Assembly (NCBI GenBank): GCA_963702095.1
Contig: OY969706.1
Coordinates: 2,009,840 to 2,073,839 of the forward strand
DNA: 64,000 nucleotides
Source: Candidatus Bathyarchaeota archaeon
Lineage (GTDB): Archaea; Thermoproteota; Bathyarchaeia; Bathyarchaeales; Bathycorpusculaceae
Direction: 5' to 3'
Part shown: in pieces, positions 18,209 to 26,571 of the stretch
Layout: every line of letters begins with the position of its first letter
Position numbering within the stretch: position 1 is the stretch's first letter
Position numbers and translations under genes: made by a program
Notes under the pieces: model-generated
The model's input: the letters and a program-made list of their open reading frames with translations, nothing else
The model's database searches: none
Told to the model about the DNA's origin: nothing

Positions 18209-18848
18209 CCTAGGCTGACTTTCTCGCCTGTAACAATGTAGATGATGGATTCACAGACGTAAACCGCGTGGTCTGCAATGCGCTCGAGATATCGGCTGAC
18301 CAGTAAGCTCGATATGATGCATTTGTAGTTTGGCGTCTCATGGTCGATTAGTCTAGTTGAAAGTCTAGGTACATTTTATCGACTTCTCGTTCTATTGGGC
18401 AGATGGTTCTTGCATGAACCAAGTCGTGTTTACGCAACGAGTCTATGCTGATTCTCACCATGGTGAGCACTTTCTGACTCATTTCTGCAAGGTAATCCCT
18501 TGTTGCCTCATCACATGGGTTAAGTCCGCTTAATTGATCATTAATTGAGGAAATGTCAAGTGCGTATCTGCCATACCTTGCGAAGTCGTTGCCGATTTTC
18601 ATGTAAGATTTTATGGCGCGTAAATCCGAGGCAACTGGCTGATAACGTGCAATCAACTCAAAGGTTTTATCTTCCACTTTATCAGCCATCACAACAAGCA
18701 TGTCGGACATTTCTCGCACTTGGGCTTGGACGCTTTTGCCTTCCAAGTATCCATGTATAGACACCGATAAGGCTTCATACGTTAAATCCCCCATGCGAGT
18801 CAGCAATACGGACTGTTCTTCTAATCCTTTGTCGATTATTCTACTCAT
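18205..18848 (-). pseudogene. phoU: PhoU phosphate-signalling regulator interrupted by a 1-nt frameshift
   Basis: The ORF 18348-18848 (166 aa) carries PhoU repeat 1 ('ARYQPVASDLRAIKSYMKIGNDFARYG'). The missing end of repeat 2, 'LIDHETPNYKCIISSLLVSRYLERIADHAVYVCESIIYIVTGEKVSLG*', is read in another frame from 18351 down to the stop at 18205-18207. The two frames overlap only between 18348 and 18377, which contains a TTTT run at 18374-18377. Confidence 0.75.
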
Positions 18849-18860
18849 CTAACTGGTCCC

Positions 18861-19634
18861 TTATCCGAATTCTCCTGTTATGTACTTCTCAGTTAATTGG
18901 TTTTTCGGAGACTCAAAAATCTCTTTCGTAGAACCATACTCGATTAAAGAGCCCAAGTATAAGAAGGCGGTGTAATCGGATACTCGGGAAGCTTGCTGCA
19001 TGTTATGGGTAACGATGACAACAGTATAGTTTTTCTTTAATTCAACGACTAAACGTTCAATCTTTGAAGAGGCAATAGGGTCCAAAGCAGAGGTAGGTTC
19101 ATCCATCAAGATAACTTCGGGCGCCAAGGCAATTGCACGGGCAATACACAAGCGTTGTTGCTGCCCGCCTGAAATGCTTGTACCCGGTTTCTTGAGGTCA
19201 TCTTTGACTTCCTCCCAAAGGGTTGCTTGTTGCAGGCTATGTTTGACAACTTCGTCAAGGTTCTTTCCTTTTCTTGCGCCTGTTAATTTTAAACCTGCTG
19301 CAACATTGTCATAAATGGACATGGTGGGAAAGGGGTTTGGTTTTTGGAAAACCATGCCAACTCGCCTCCGTATCATTACTGCATCAACGTTTGGAGCGTA
19401 AATGTTTTCGCCATCCAAGAGTACCTGCCCAGACATCTTGGCACCGGGGACTAATTCATGCATTCGGTTGAGAATGCGGATAAAAGTAGATTTGCCGCAT
19501 CCTGAAGGGCCAATTAACGCGGTAACTGCGTTGGTTATGATTGGTACGTTTATGTCTTTGAGGGCTTGCTTTGTTCCAAACCAAGCGTTCAATCCTATGC
19601 TTTGCATTTTAATGTTTTCTGAGTCATACGTCAT
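18861..19634 (-). CDS. pstB: Phosphate ABC transporter ATP-binding protein
   Basis: 257 aa. Walker A 'GPSGCGKST', signature 'SGGQQQRL', Walker B '[11 protein letters not shown]'. PstB-typical 'FQKPNPFP'. Confidence 0.95.
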   Translation of the reverse strand: MTYDSENIKMQSIGLNAWFGTKQALKDINVPIITNAVTALIGPSGCGKSTFIRILNRMHELVPGAKMSGQVLLDGENIYAPNVDAVMIRRRVGMVFQKPNPFPTMSIYDNVAAGLKLTGARKGKNLDEVVKHSLQQATLWEEVKDDLKKPGTSISGGQQQRLCIARAIALAPEVILMDEPTSALDPIASSKIERLVVELKKNYTVVIVTHNMQQASRVSDYTAFLYLGSLIEYGSTKEIFESPKNQLTEKYITGEFG

Positions 19635-20500
19635 CTTGCTACTCCTCCATATCGATCTCTAGTGGCTAATCTAACGCCTACGTTAAGAGCCAATACTATT
19701 AAAATCAACACTAACGATGCACCCCAAGCTTGAGCTTGTGTTTCTAAGGAGGGCATTCTTGAATCATAGAAAATTCTAAGGGGCAATGCATCCATCGGCG
19801 AACTGAGTCCTTGAAAGAAGAAACTACTGCCCAGAATCGTAAGCAGTATGGGCGCGGTTTCTCCTGCGATTCTTGCGACCGCAAGTAATGTTCCGGTAAC
19901 TAAGCCGCCTTTTGCTGAAGGTATTACTATGCTAAGGATGGTTCGCCATCGGTGGACGCCTAAAGCCATTGATGCTTCACGCACGCTGGTGGGTACAAGT
20001 TTGAGGGATTCCTCAGTTGTTCTTGCCACAATGGGAATCATCATGAAAGAAAGTGCGATGGCTCCAGCAATCGGTGAGAAGCCCATGCGTATTAAACCCA
20101 CAACAATTAAGCTGTAAGCTGTGATGCCAACGATTATTGAGGGAAACTCTGTTAATATGTCGTTGATTGTCCGCATCCAGGTGGCATACTTGTTATTTCC
20201 GTATTCAGCAAGGTATACGCCGGATAATACACCGAGCGGAATTCCTATGAGGCTGGTTAAACCCAAAAGAATTAAAGTTCCCTGAATAGCTGGTCCAATA
20301 CCCCCCTGTAATCCGTTAGCAGTTAAAAAGTGCAGGTTAATTACGGGAGCACCTCGGGCTATTACTTCAAAGAGGATACTTAACAGAGGCACAATTGCAA
20401 TTAGGACGCAGAGGAGACAGAGCACGTAGAAGAACTTGTTCCTGAATTTGCGAAAGTGATAGTTGTCAAGTTTTATTTTTTGGAGGATACGGTTTGCCAT
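19631..20500 (-). CDS. pstA: Phosphate ABC transporter permease PstA
   Basis: 289 aa, polytopic, with EAA-like loop '[14 protein letters not shown]'. Its start overlaps the pstC stop and its end overlaps the pstB start. Confidence 0.9.
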   Translation of the reverse strand: MANRILQKIKLDNYHFRKFRNKFFYVLCLLCVLIAIVPLLSILFEVIARGAPVINLHFLTANGLQGGIGPAIQGTLILLGLTSLIGIPLGVLSGVYLAEYGNNKYATWMRTINDILTEFPSIIVGITAYSLIVVGLIRMGFSPIAGAIALSFMMIPIVARTTEESLKLVPTSVREASMALGVHRWRTILSIVIPSAKGGLVTGTLLAVARIAGETAPILLTILGSSFFFQGLSSPMDALPLRIFYDSRMPSLETQAQAWGASLVLILIVLALNVGVRLATRDRYGGVAR

Positions 20501-21435
20501 TACTCTACAGCGCCTCCTTTTACTTTCAGAACACGAGTAACCATTACATGAGCTATGACGTTTATGATTAAACTGATTGCAAGCAGAACTAATCCTGCAG
20601 CGATGTATGCTGAACCTTCAATTGGTGATTGGGAATCGAAGAAGCCGTTGGCTATCAATGAAGGCAAAGTTTGGCCTGGCTGAAACAGTGTAGTGGGCAT
20701 AGCGGCTGGACCTGTGGCGTTGCCTATTACCATGGTTACAGCCATAGTTTCACCTACTGCTCGGCCTAAACCGAGAATGACTGCTCCGAAGATTCCAGAG
20801 CGTCCATAGCTGAGAACCCAATGTCGGATAACTTCCCATTTTGTAGCTCCAATGCTGTAGGCGCCTTCTCTAATCGAGTCTGGAACTGCAGCGATGACTT
20901 CTCGAGAGACTGAAGCAACTGTGGGAATAATCATTATGGATAGAATCAAGCCTGCAGTTAGGAAATCTAAGCCGAAGGGAGTTCCGCTGAATATGGGAAT
21001 CCATCCGAGGTAGGTGTTGAGGGGAATTTCAATGTAGTCTAAGACCCAAAAACGCAGAACAAACAAGCCCCAGAGCCCAAAAATAACACTGGGTACGGCT
21101 GCAAGCATCTCTACCAGGTAGGAAAAGGGAACTTTCACGAATTTAGGAGCCATCTCTACAATAAAAATGGCGATTCCTATGCTTAAGGGTACACCGATTA
21201 ATAGAGCGATTCCGGATGTTATGAGTGTACCAAGAATGTAGGGCAGAACCCCAAAAGATGCAATACCAGGATTCCAGTTTATCCCTGTTAAGAATCTAAC
21301 TCCAAATTCGCTTAGAGCTAAGGTTGATCCGGAAACTAGGACATAAGTATTCAAGATAAAGACGACGGCGGCTGATGCGGCGATTACTGCGACCAATATC
21401 TGGAAGACTTTATCGCCAGTTAGCTTACGCGTCAT
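20500..21435 (-). CDS. pstC: Phosphate ABC transporter permease PstC
   Basis: 311 aa, polytopic, with EAA-like loop 'EGAYSIGATKWEVI'. Operon position is between pstS and pstA. Confidence 0.9.
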   Translation of the reverse strand: MTRKLTGDKVFQILVAVIAASAAVVFILNTYVLVSGSTLALSEFGVRFLTGINWNPGIASFGVLPYILGTLITSGIALLIGVPLSIGIAIFIVEMAPKFVKVPFSYLVEMLAAVPSVIFGLWGLFVLRFWVLDYIEIPLNTYLGWIPIFSGTPFGLDFLTAGLILSIMIIPTVASVSREVIAAVPDSIREGAYSIGATKWEVIRHWVLSYGRSGIFGAVILGLGRAVGETMAVTMVIGNATGPAAMPTTLFQPGQTLPSLIANGFFDSQSPIEGSAYIAAGLVLLAISLIINVIAHVMVTRVLKVKGGAVE

Positions 21436-21510
21436 ACAAATCTGCCTGAGTTTTTAAACTTGAAAGAAAAAAAAGGTTTTGGAGTTTGATTCGTCATATC
21501 ATCGTCGCAT

Positions 21511-22605
21511 TTAATGGGTCGGTATGGCTTGTCCGTTGAAAGTTATTGAGTTAAGCGTTGCTTCGTCGATCTGAACTAGGTTTGAGGGAAGCGTTGCATA
21601 TTCTAGTGAAGGCGCAAGTTGCTGACCGTCATGCACTACATACCACATGTATTGCACAATTGCTGTTGCTTTGTCTATTGTCATGCCATCGACTACGCCG
21701 AGGTCTTTGTATATCAACATGTATGTTGGAGTCACAATTGGGTAGGCTTGAGCACCCGAGGTGTTGAGTATGGAAACATCTGCCCAACTGTCACTTCCAG
21801 ACGGAAGGGAACTTGGAAGCGCTTGAGCTGCTGCTGTTGTTGAGTCCAGTGTGGGGAGAATATAGTTGCCCGCTGGGTTTTGGATTGCTGCCACGGTTAC
21901 GTCGTTTTGTAAGGCGTAGGCTAATTCGATGTATCCGATGGCATAGTCTGTTGTGGTGACTGTCGCTGCAACGGCTGAGTTGCCGCTTTGACCTGTTCCG
22001 ACTGGCCATTGAACAGTGGTGTTTGCTCCGACGTGTGTACTCCATGTGTTACTGACTAGTGAGAGGTATTTTGTGAACCAGTTGGTTGTTCCTGAACCGT
22101 CTGATCTGTGTACAACAGCTATGGAGTGGTGTGGTAACGTCAAGTCTGGGTTGAGCGCTACGATAGCTGGGTCATCCCACGTTGTTATTGTGCCAAGGAA
22201 GATGTTAGCGATTACAGGACCTGAGAGTTTTAGACCGGAGTCAATACCGGGTAGGTTGTAAGCGACTGTGATTGCACCGATGGTTTCTGGGATGTGGACG
22301 GTGTCAGGCGCTGCTGCTCTCTGAGAAGCAGACAAGGGCGCGTCTGAACATGCGAAGTCAACGACTTTGTTTGTGAGGTCGCTGACACCTTTGCCGCTGC
22401 CGCCACCTTGATAGTTAATTTGTACATTTGGTTTCATGGAAGAGTATTCGGTTATTGTTGCATTAAGGAATGGCTGGGGGAAAGTTGCGCCTGAAGCGGT
22501 TAAAGCGATTGTGGGAGTGCTTGGGGTTGATAGATAGACGTATGCTGCTACACCGCCGATTATTATTACGATTGCGACTATTGCTAATATGATTGAAGTC
22601 TTCAA
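21511..22605 (-). CDS. pstS: Phosphate-binding protein PstS (membrane-anchored)
   Basis: 364 aa. N-terminal TM anchor, then 'YQGGGSGKGV' and 'VHRSDGSGTT', typical PstS phosphate-binding loops. TTG start preceded by a GTGAGGA SD-like motif. Confidence 0.9.
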   Translation of the reverse strand: MKTSIILAIVAIVIIIGGVAAYVYLSTPSTPTIALTASGATFPQPFLNATITEYSSMKPNVQINYQGGGSGKGVSDLTNKVVDFACSDAPLSASQRAAAPDTVHIPETIGAITVAYNLPGIDSGLKLSGPVIANIFLGTITTWDDPAIVALNPDLTLPHHSIAVVHRSDGSGTTNWFTKYLSLVSNTWSTHVGANTTVQWPVGTGQSGNSAVAATVTTTDYAIGYIELAYALQNDVTVAAIQNPAGNYILPTLDSTTAAAQALPSSLPSGSDSWADVSILNTSGAQAYPIVTPTYMLIYKDLGVVDGMTIDKATAIVQYMWYVVHDGQQLAPSLEYATLPSNLVQIDEATLNSITFNGQAIPTH

Positions 22606-22743
22606 ACTTATTTCCTCACTTGCCCTAATTGGAAAATAAGTTACTTATATTGAACCTACGTACAAGCTATAAACTATATAGATATAGCATATATAATTAG
22701 TAGATGCTAAAGACACTATATTAGAGCAGGTTGAGACTTTCTC
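22606..22743. promoter_or_regulatory. Divergent pstS / abrB-phoU control region: perfect palindrome ATAAGT-T-ACTTAT (22636-22648) and a TATA-rich block (22666-22700)
   Basis: Read directly from the sequence. The palindrome lies 31 nt upstream of the pstS start. 'CTATAAACTATATAGATATAGCATATATAATTAG' offers several archaeal TATA-like boxes for both directions. Confidence 0.35.
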
Positions 22744-23793
22744 TTGACTAAAGAAGAAGCAAAACTAAACGAGGAACAACGGAAACTCCAAGTCACAGGC
22801 GGATCAACTTTCATACTGTCGCTTCCCAAAGAGTGGGCAACGAAAAATGAACTTAAACGCGGAAGCTCGATGCTGGTCCGCGAAGAAGACGATGGCTCAC
22901 TGTCTATTGCGCCCGCAAGTTTTCCTAAAAAAGAAAAACAAGACGAAGCCTTCATTAGGGTAGGACAAACCGACAACCCTGACGCCGTAATGCGGACAGC
23001 AATATCAGCCTACTTAAACGGCTACAACATACTCCACATTCGATCACAAGGACAAAAAGTCCTCTCATCTAAACTACGCAACCACCTCAAACACTTCGCA
23101 AGACACTACCTAGTGGGCACAGAAATCGTCATAGACACACCCACAGATTTAACGTTACAGGTTTTGCTCAATTATCCTGAATTAACGGTGCAGAATGCTT
23201 TGAGTCGCATGGCAATCATCGCTTCATCCATGCATAAAGAAGCTATCTCGGCACTCAAAAAACTGGATACCCAGAGCGCTAAAGCAGTTATCGAAACAGA
23301 CCGCGAAGTCAACCGTTTCGGCCTCTATATCGTACGCCTGTTGAAGCTGGCGGTTTCAAACCAGAGGATAGTTAAAGAAATTGGGTTAAGCTACCAAAAA
23401 GAATGCTTGGGCTATAGGCTAATCGCTAAAGCGGTAGAGAGAACCGCTGATCACGCCACAAAAATCGCTGAAAACACTCTGCTACTCAAGGAGCCAGCAA
23501 ACGCAGAATTCCTCGAAAAAATCAGCCAGCTAAGTGAGTCGGCGAATTCAATGTTTGACAACGCAATGGAAGCCCTCTTCAAACGTGACTTTAACTTAGC
23601 CGAAAATGTCCTTGAGAAACTCAGTTACGTACATAAAGTTGAGGAAGAAACAGTATTGCGCTTGCCTAACGCAAAAGTCGATGACATGGTCAACTTGAGG
23701 TTGATAATTGAAAGCGTCAGGCGTACTGCGGAGTATGCAAGTGATATTTCTGAAGTTGTGCTTAACCTTAATGTTGAATCGGTCTTAAGCTAA
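22744..23793 (+). CDS. AbrB/SpoVT-type DNA-binding domain fused to two PhoU repeats (archaeal phosphate uptake regulator type)
   Basis: 349 aa, TTG start. N-terminal 'LQVTGGSTFILSLPKEWATKNELKRGSSMLVREEDDGSLSI' is a swapped-hairpin AbrB-like domain. It is followed by PhoU-like helices, including 'AKAVERTADHATKIAE' and 'VRRTAEYASDISE'. Confidence 0.85.
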   Translation: MTKEEAKLNEEQRKLQVTGGSTFILSLPKEWATKNELKRGSSMLVREEDDGSLSIAPASFPKKEKQDEAFIRVGQTDNPDAVMRTAISAYLNGYNILHIRSQGQKVLSSKLRNHLKHFARHYLVGTEIVIDTPTDLTLQVLLNYPELTVQNALSRMAIIASSMHKEAISALKKLDTQSAKAVIETDREVNRFGLYIVRLLKLAVSNQRIVKEIGLSYQKECLGYRLIAKAVERTADHATKIAENTLLLKEPANAEFLEKISQLSESANSMFDNAMEALFKRDFNLAENVLEKLSYVHKVEEETVLRLPNAKVDDMVNLRLIIESVRRTAEYASDISEVVLNLNVESVLS

Positions 23794-23819
23794 TTTTTTT
23801 CTTCCAGAATCCTTTTTTG
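23794..23819 (+). terminator. Oligo-T tracts (T7, T6) directly after the abrB-phoU stop; candidate archaeal terminator
   Basis: 'TAATTTTTTTCTTCCAGAATCCTTTTTTGA' begins at the stop codon. Confidence 0.4.
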
Positions 23820-23887
23820 ATTGCTTACGAAGCGCTTGAAGGCTATGTTTTAAAATAAAAAAGTATCGTTAAGTGAGTTAGTTTGGC

Positions 23888-24067
23888 TCACTGGTATTGC
23901 AGGAAGCAAACAACGTTTTGGGTGTCTATTATACTGCCGTTGTCTATTAGATGGGCGGTTCCATCTGGACAGTAGACTTTGTCGCCCACTATGGCTTTTT
24001 TGTAGCGTGCACTGCATTCTTTTAGTTTACAGCAGCCATCACAATCTCTTGACAGCATACGTATCAT
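23888..24067 (-). CDS. Possible 59-aa Cys-rich small protein (absent from the ORF track)
   Basis: Own translation: MIRMLSRDCDGCCKLKECSARYKKAIVGDKVYCPDGTAHLIDNGSIIDTQNVVCFLQYQ. AAGGAGAG lies immediately upstream of the ATG, which is unusually close spacing. Confidence 0.3.
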   Translation of the reverse strand: MIRMLSRDCDGCCKLKECSARYKKAIVGDKVYCPDGTAHLIDNGSIIDTQNVVCFLQYQ

Positions 24068-24214
24068 CTCTCCTTGTTTTCAATAGTGTATCACCGGAAT
24101 ACGCCTATATAGATAATCTTCATAAAATATATACTCTAAATATCCAGGCGTGCCATCCGAAAGACCACTAACAAAGAGGAAACTTTAAGAAACAAGAACC
24201 CCAAAATCAACCAG

Positions 24215-24871
24215 ATGCAACATAACAGGTTAAAAGCCAAAGGCATATTCTTAGATTTAGACGGAACCCTCGTCGACTCCACAGACGCCTACATAGAAGC
24301 CGCACGCATCGCCTTTACAGCCCTCAATAAACCCTTACCGCCAAAAGAAATTTTACTGGAAATCCCCCGCCGCATAGAACAGCGGTTAAGCATCGACGGT
24401 TACACCGAGGGCTGCACCCAAAAGTTTCTGCCCATATACCTCCAAGCATACTACTCCACCACAGAGAAACACGCAAAACTCCTCCCCAACGTGGCAGCCG
24501 CCCTCGACACCTTATCAAAAAAATCCAAGCTTGCACTCATCACCATGCGCCATGTACCCAACGAAGTCATCTATAAAGAACTGGATTACCTCGGTATTGC
24601 CAAGTATTTCAGCCATATTATGACTGCACTGGACACAGCTAAACCGAAGCCTTCACCTGAAGCGTTAATCCGCTGTGTGGAAACCTTGGATTTAGAGATG
24701 CACCAGTGCCTCATCGCCGGCGACTCCATTAACGATATGCGGGCGGGAAAAGCGGCAGGCGCAAAAACCGTGGCGGTGCTCTCAGGACTCTATGGAAAAG
24801 AGGAATTGGCAAAGGAATATCCCGATTTAATGTTGGCGGATGTTAGTTTGTTGCCAGAGCATGTTGAATAG
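24215..24871 (+). CDS. HAD-superfamily hydrolase (phosphoglycolate phosphatase / PpaX-like subfamily IA)
   Basis: 218 aa. Motif I 'IFLDLDGTLVDS', motif II 'LALITMR', motif IV 'IAGDSINDMRAGKAAGA'. Confidence 0.85.
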   Translation: MQHNRLKAKGIFLDLDGTLVDSTDAYIEAARIAFTALNKPLPPKEILLEIPRRIEQRLSIDGYTEGCTQKFLPIYLQAYYSTTEKHAKLLPNVAAALDTLSKKSKLALITMRHVPNEVIYKELDYLGIAKYFSHIMTALDTAKPKPSPEALIRCVETLDLEMHQCLIAGDSINDMRAGKAAGAKTVAVLSGLYGKEELAKEYPDLMLADVSLLPEHVE

Positions 24872-24971
24872 GACTTCTTTGGATATATCGATTCCCGTAA
24901 TATTACCAGTTTTTGCTTAAGGCGTTATATGTGAACTAACAAAATAAAGTTTAATTGGAACCTCAATCTTT

Positions 24972-25619
24972 ATGGTTGTGGAGAGGGCTTCAGCGGGAAT
25001 CATAATGAATTTCGTAGAGATTATGATAGGGGAGAAATTAAGGGACGCCGATCCAGCCTTGGATATTATGGGTTCGGACCGCAAAGTCTTGCAAGTGGCG
25101 TGTCAGGACTTCACAAACTACCTTAAATTCCATTGGAACCTAATTGGGAAAGAGGCAAACCAATGCGAAACGGTAGAAAAACTCGAGACACTTTTCAAAG
25201 AAAACGCTGATGAACTAGACGCATTTTTAACTGTCTGGTGCAACATCTGGTTTAAGAAGTGGAAGCAACGGGTCAAACTGCTCATCGGCAACCAAAACGC
25301 CAACAAATGGAATAAAATGACCAAAAACATAACCGACGCAGAACCCCTCTGGCACAAAATCGAGCGCAAACAGGAACTCCAAGAAATCGTCGTTGCAACT
25401 CTGATTAAAAACGGGGAAATTTGCGGTACAGAAATTTTAGCCGAGAATCTCCTCAAGATGGAGCTTGGCGAAAAATCTGTCCAAAACTTAACTGAAAGGG
25501 AAAGGGTGCTTATTATTTTGAACAATTCGTTGCGTAAGGCGCGTGAGATGGCGCAAAGCCGTGGTCCCCTGATCTTCGTTAAGATCGATAAGGGCTACTA
25601 TAACACGGCAGCTGAGTAA
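24972..25619 (+). CDS. Hypothetical protein (no family recognised)
   Basis: 215-aa ORF with helical, Lys/Glu/Trp-rich composition. Confidence 0.45.
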   Translation: MVVERASAGIIMNFVEIMIGEKLRDADPALDIMGSDRKVLQVACQDFTNYLKFHWNLIGKEANQCETVEKLETLFKENADELDAFLTVWCNIWFKKWKQRVKLLIGNQNANKWNKMTKNITDAEPLWHKIERKQELQEIVVATLIKNGEICGTEILAENLLKMELGEKSVQNLTERERVLIILNNSLRKAREMAQSRGPLIFVKIDKGYYNTAAE

Positions 25620-25755
25620 ACTTCCCTAACTTTCCTTTTGTGATTACTGAACGGTTTTTGTGTTTTAATGCATACGCTATGCTGATTTGATGCTAAAAAG
25701 AATGTAACAAATTGAAAGGACAAACGCTTGCTTTAAAAGAGAGTTTTGGCGGCGT

Positions 25756-25944
25756 TCAACAGACTCTTTGCCTCTGTAGAGTCTTGGTTCGCCAACTGTA
25801 GCGCCTCATGGTTGCTTGTTCGCCGTAACCGCAGGCTCCACAGCGTTTGTTGCGTACGTGATAGGCACGTCTGCCGCAGCGCCTACATTTTATGTGGACA
25901 ACTTTGCCCTGGCGCTTGCCCATCGAAGGAGTACCCTTACCCAT
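25756..25944 (-). CDS. rpl37e: 50S ribosomal protein L37e
   Basis: 62 aa. 'MGKGTPSMGKRQGKVVHIKCRRCGRRAYHVRNKRCGACGYG' is the L37e zinc ribbon. Confidence 0.95.
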   Translation of the reverse strand: MGKGTPSMGKRQGKVVHIKCRRCGRRAYHVRNKRCGACGYGEQATMRRYSWRTKTLQRQRVC

Positions 25945-25949
25945 TTAAC

Positions 25950-26177
25950 TCACCTGGGTGGGGGTGAAATAAGGACTACGTTGTCTCCTCGAACGATAAT
26001 TAGCCCTAACTTCTTCTGGTTTTCAATGGCAGTTGTGTCTTCTGTTTCTTCTAGAACCAAGTTTAAGTGTTGATCGAATCCTTTGAGCCGTCCTCTGAGG
26101 CTTTTGCCGCCTTTTAAGCGTACAAGCACTATTTTGCTGAGGTTCTGTTCAAGGATTTCGGTTGTCATTTCGCTCAT
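25950..26177 (-). CDS. Archaeal Sm-like protein (LSm/SmAP)
   Basis: 75 aa. Sm1 'LVRLKGGKSLRGRLKGFDQHLNLVLEETED', Sm2 'IIVRGDNVVLISP'. The conserved Sm-L37e gene pair is present. Confidence 0.92.
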   Translation of the reverse strand: MSEMTTEILEQNLSKIVLVRLKGGKSLRGRLKGFDQHLNLVLEETEDTTAIENQKKLGLIIVRGDNVVLISPPPR

Positions 26178-26364
26178 ATTGGAATCCTCAAGTATCTTTA
26201 TCTCTTCTATACTTTATATCTGCCCATTTAAACCTATCTCAAAGACATCTCAAAGACTCACAGAAATAGGCATTTAGGGCCTGTTCGGATTCTGGGCAAG
26301 GGAAAAGCACGTTTTCTGCCAAGGTAGGAAAAACGAGGAAGAAAAAAATGAAAGGGAGCAAGCT

Positions 26365-26541
26365 TTAGGACTTGCTTGTTTTTAGCTCTGTATTCTCTTT
26401 TTTAAGATCAGCATTCTCCTCCATCAACGCCTTCATGACGGCGTTAAGCTGAGTCATCATGTCGTTGATGCGCAGGTTCAACATACCAATTTGCTGCATG
26501 ATTGGAGATACTTCTGTGGGTGCTTGTGTCAAGGGATTCAC
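26365..26541 (-). CDS. Possible small coiled-coil protein immediately downstream of the tail-fibre-like gene
   Basis: Own translation: (V)NPLTQAPTEVSPIMQQIGMLNLRINDMMTQLNAVMKALMEENADLKKENTELKTSKS. GGAGGTGA overlaps the GTG, so the in-frame TTG at 26532 (5 nt after the SD) may be the real start. Confidence 0.35.
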   Translation of the reverse strand: MNPLTQAPTEVSPIMQQIGMLNLRINDMMTQLNAVMKALMEENADLKKENTELKTSKS

Positions 26542-26571
26542 CTCCGGTCTTGTATTGTGCCTGTTAGTTGT

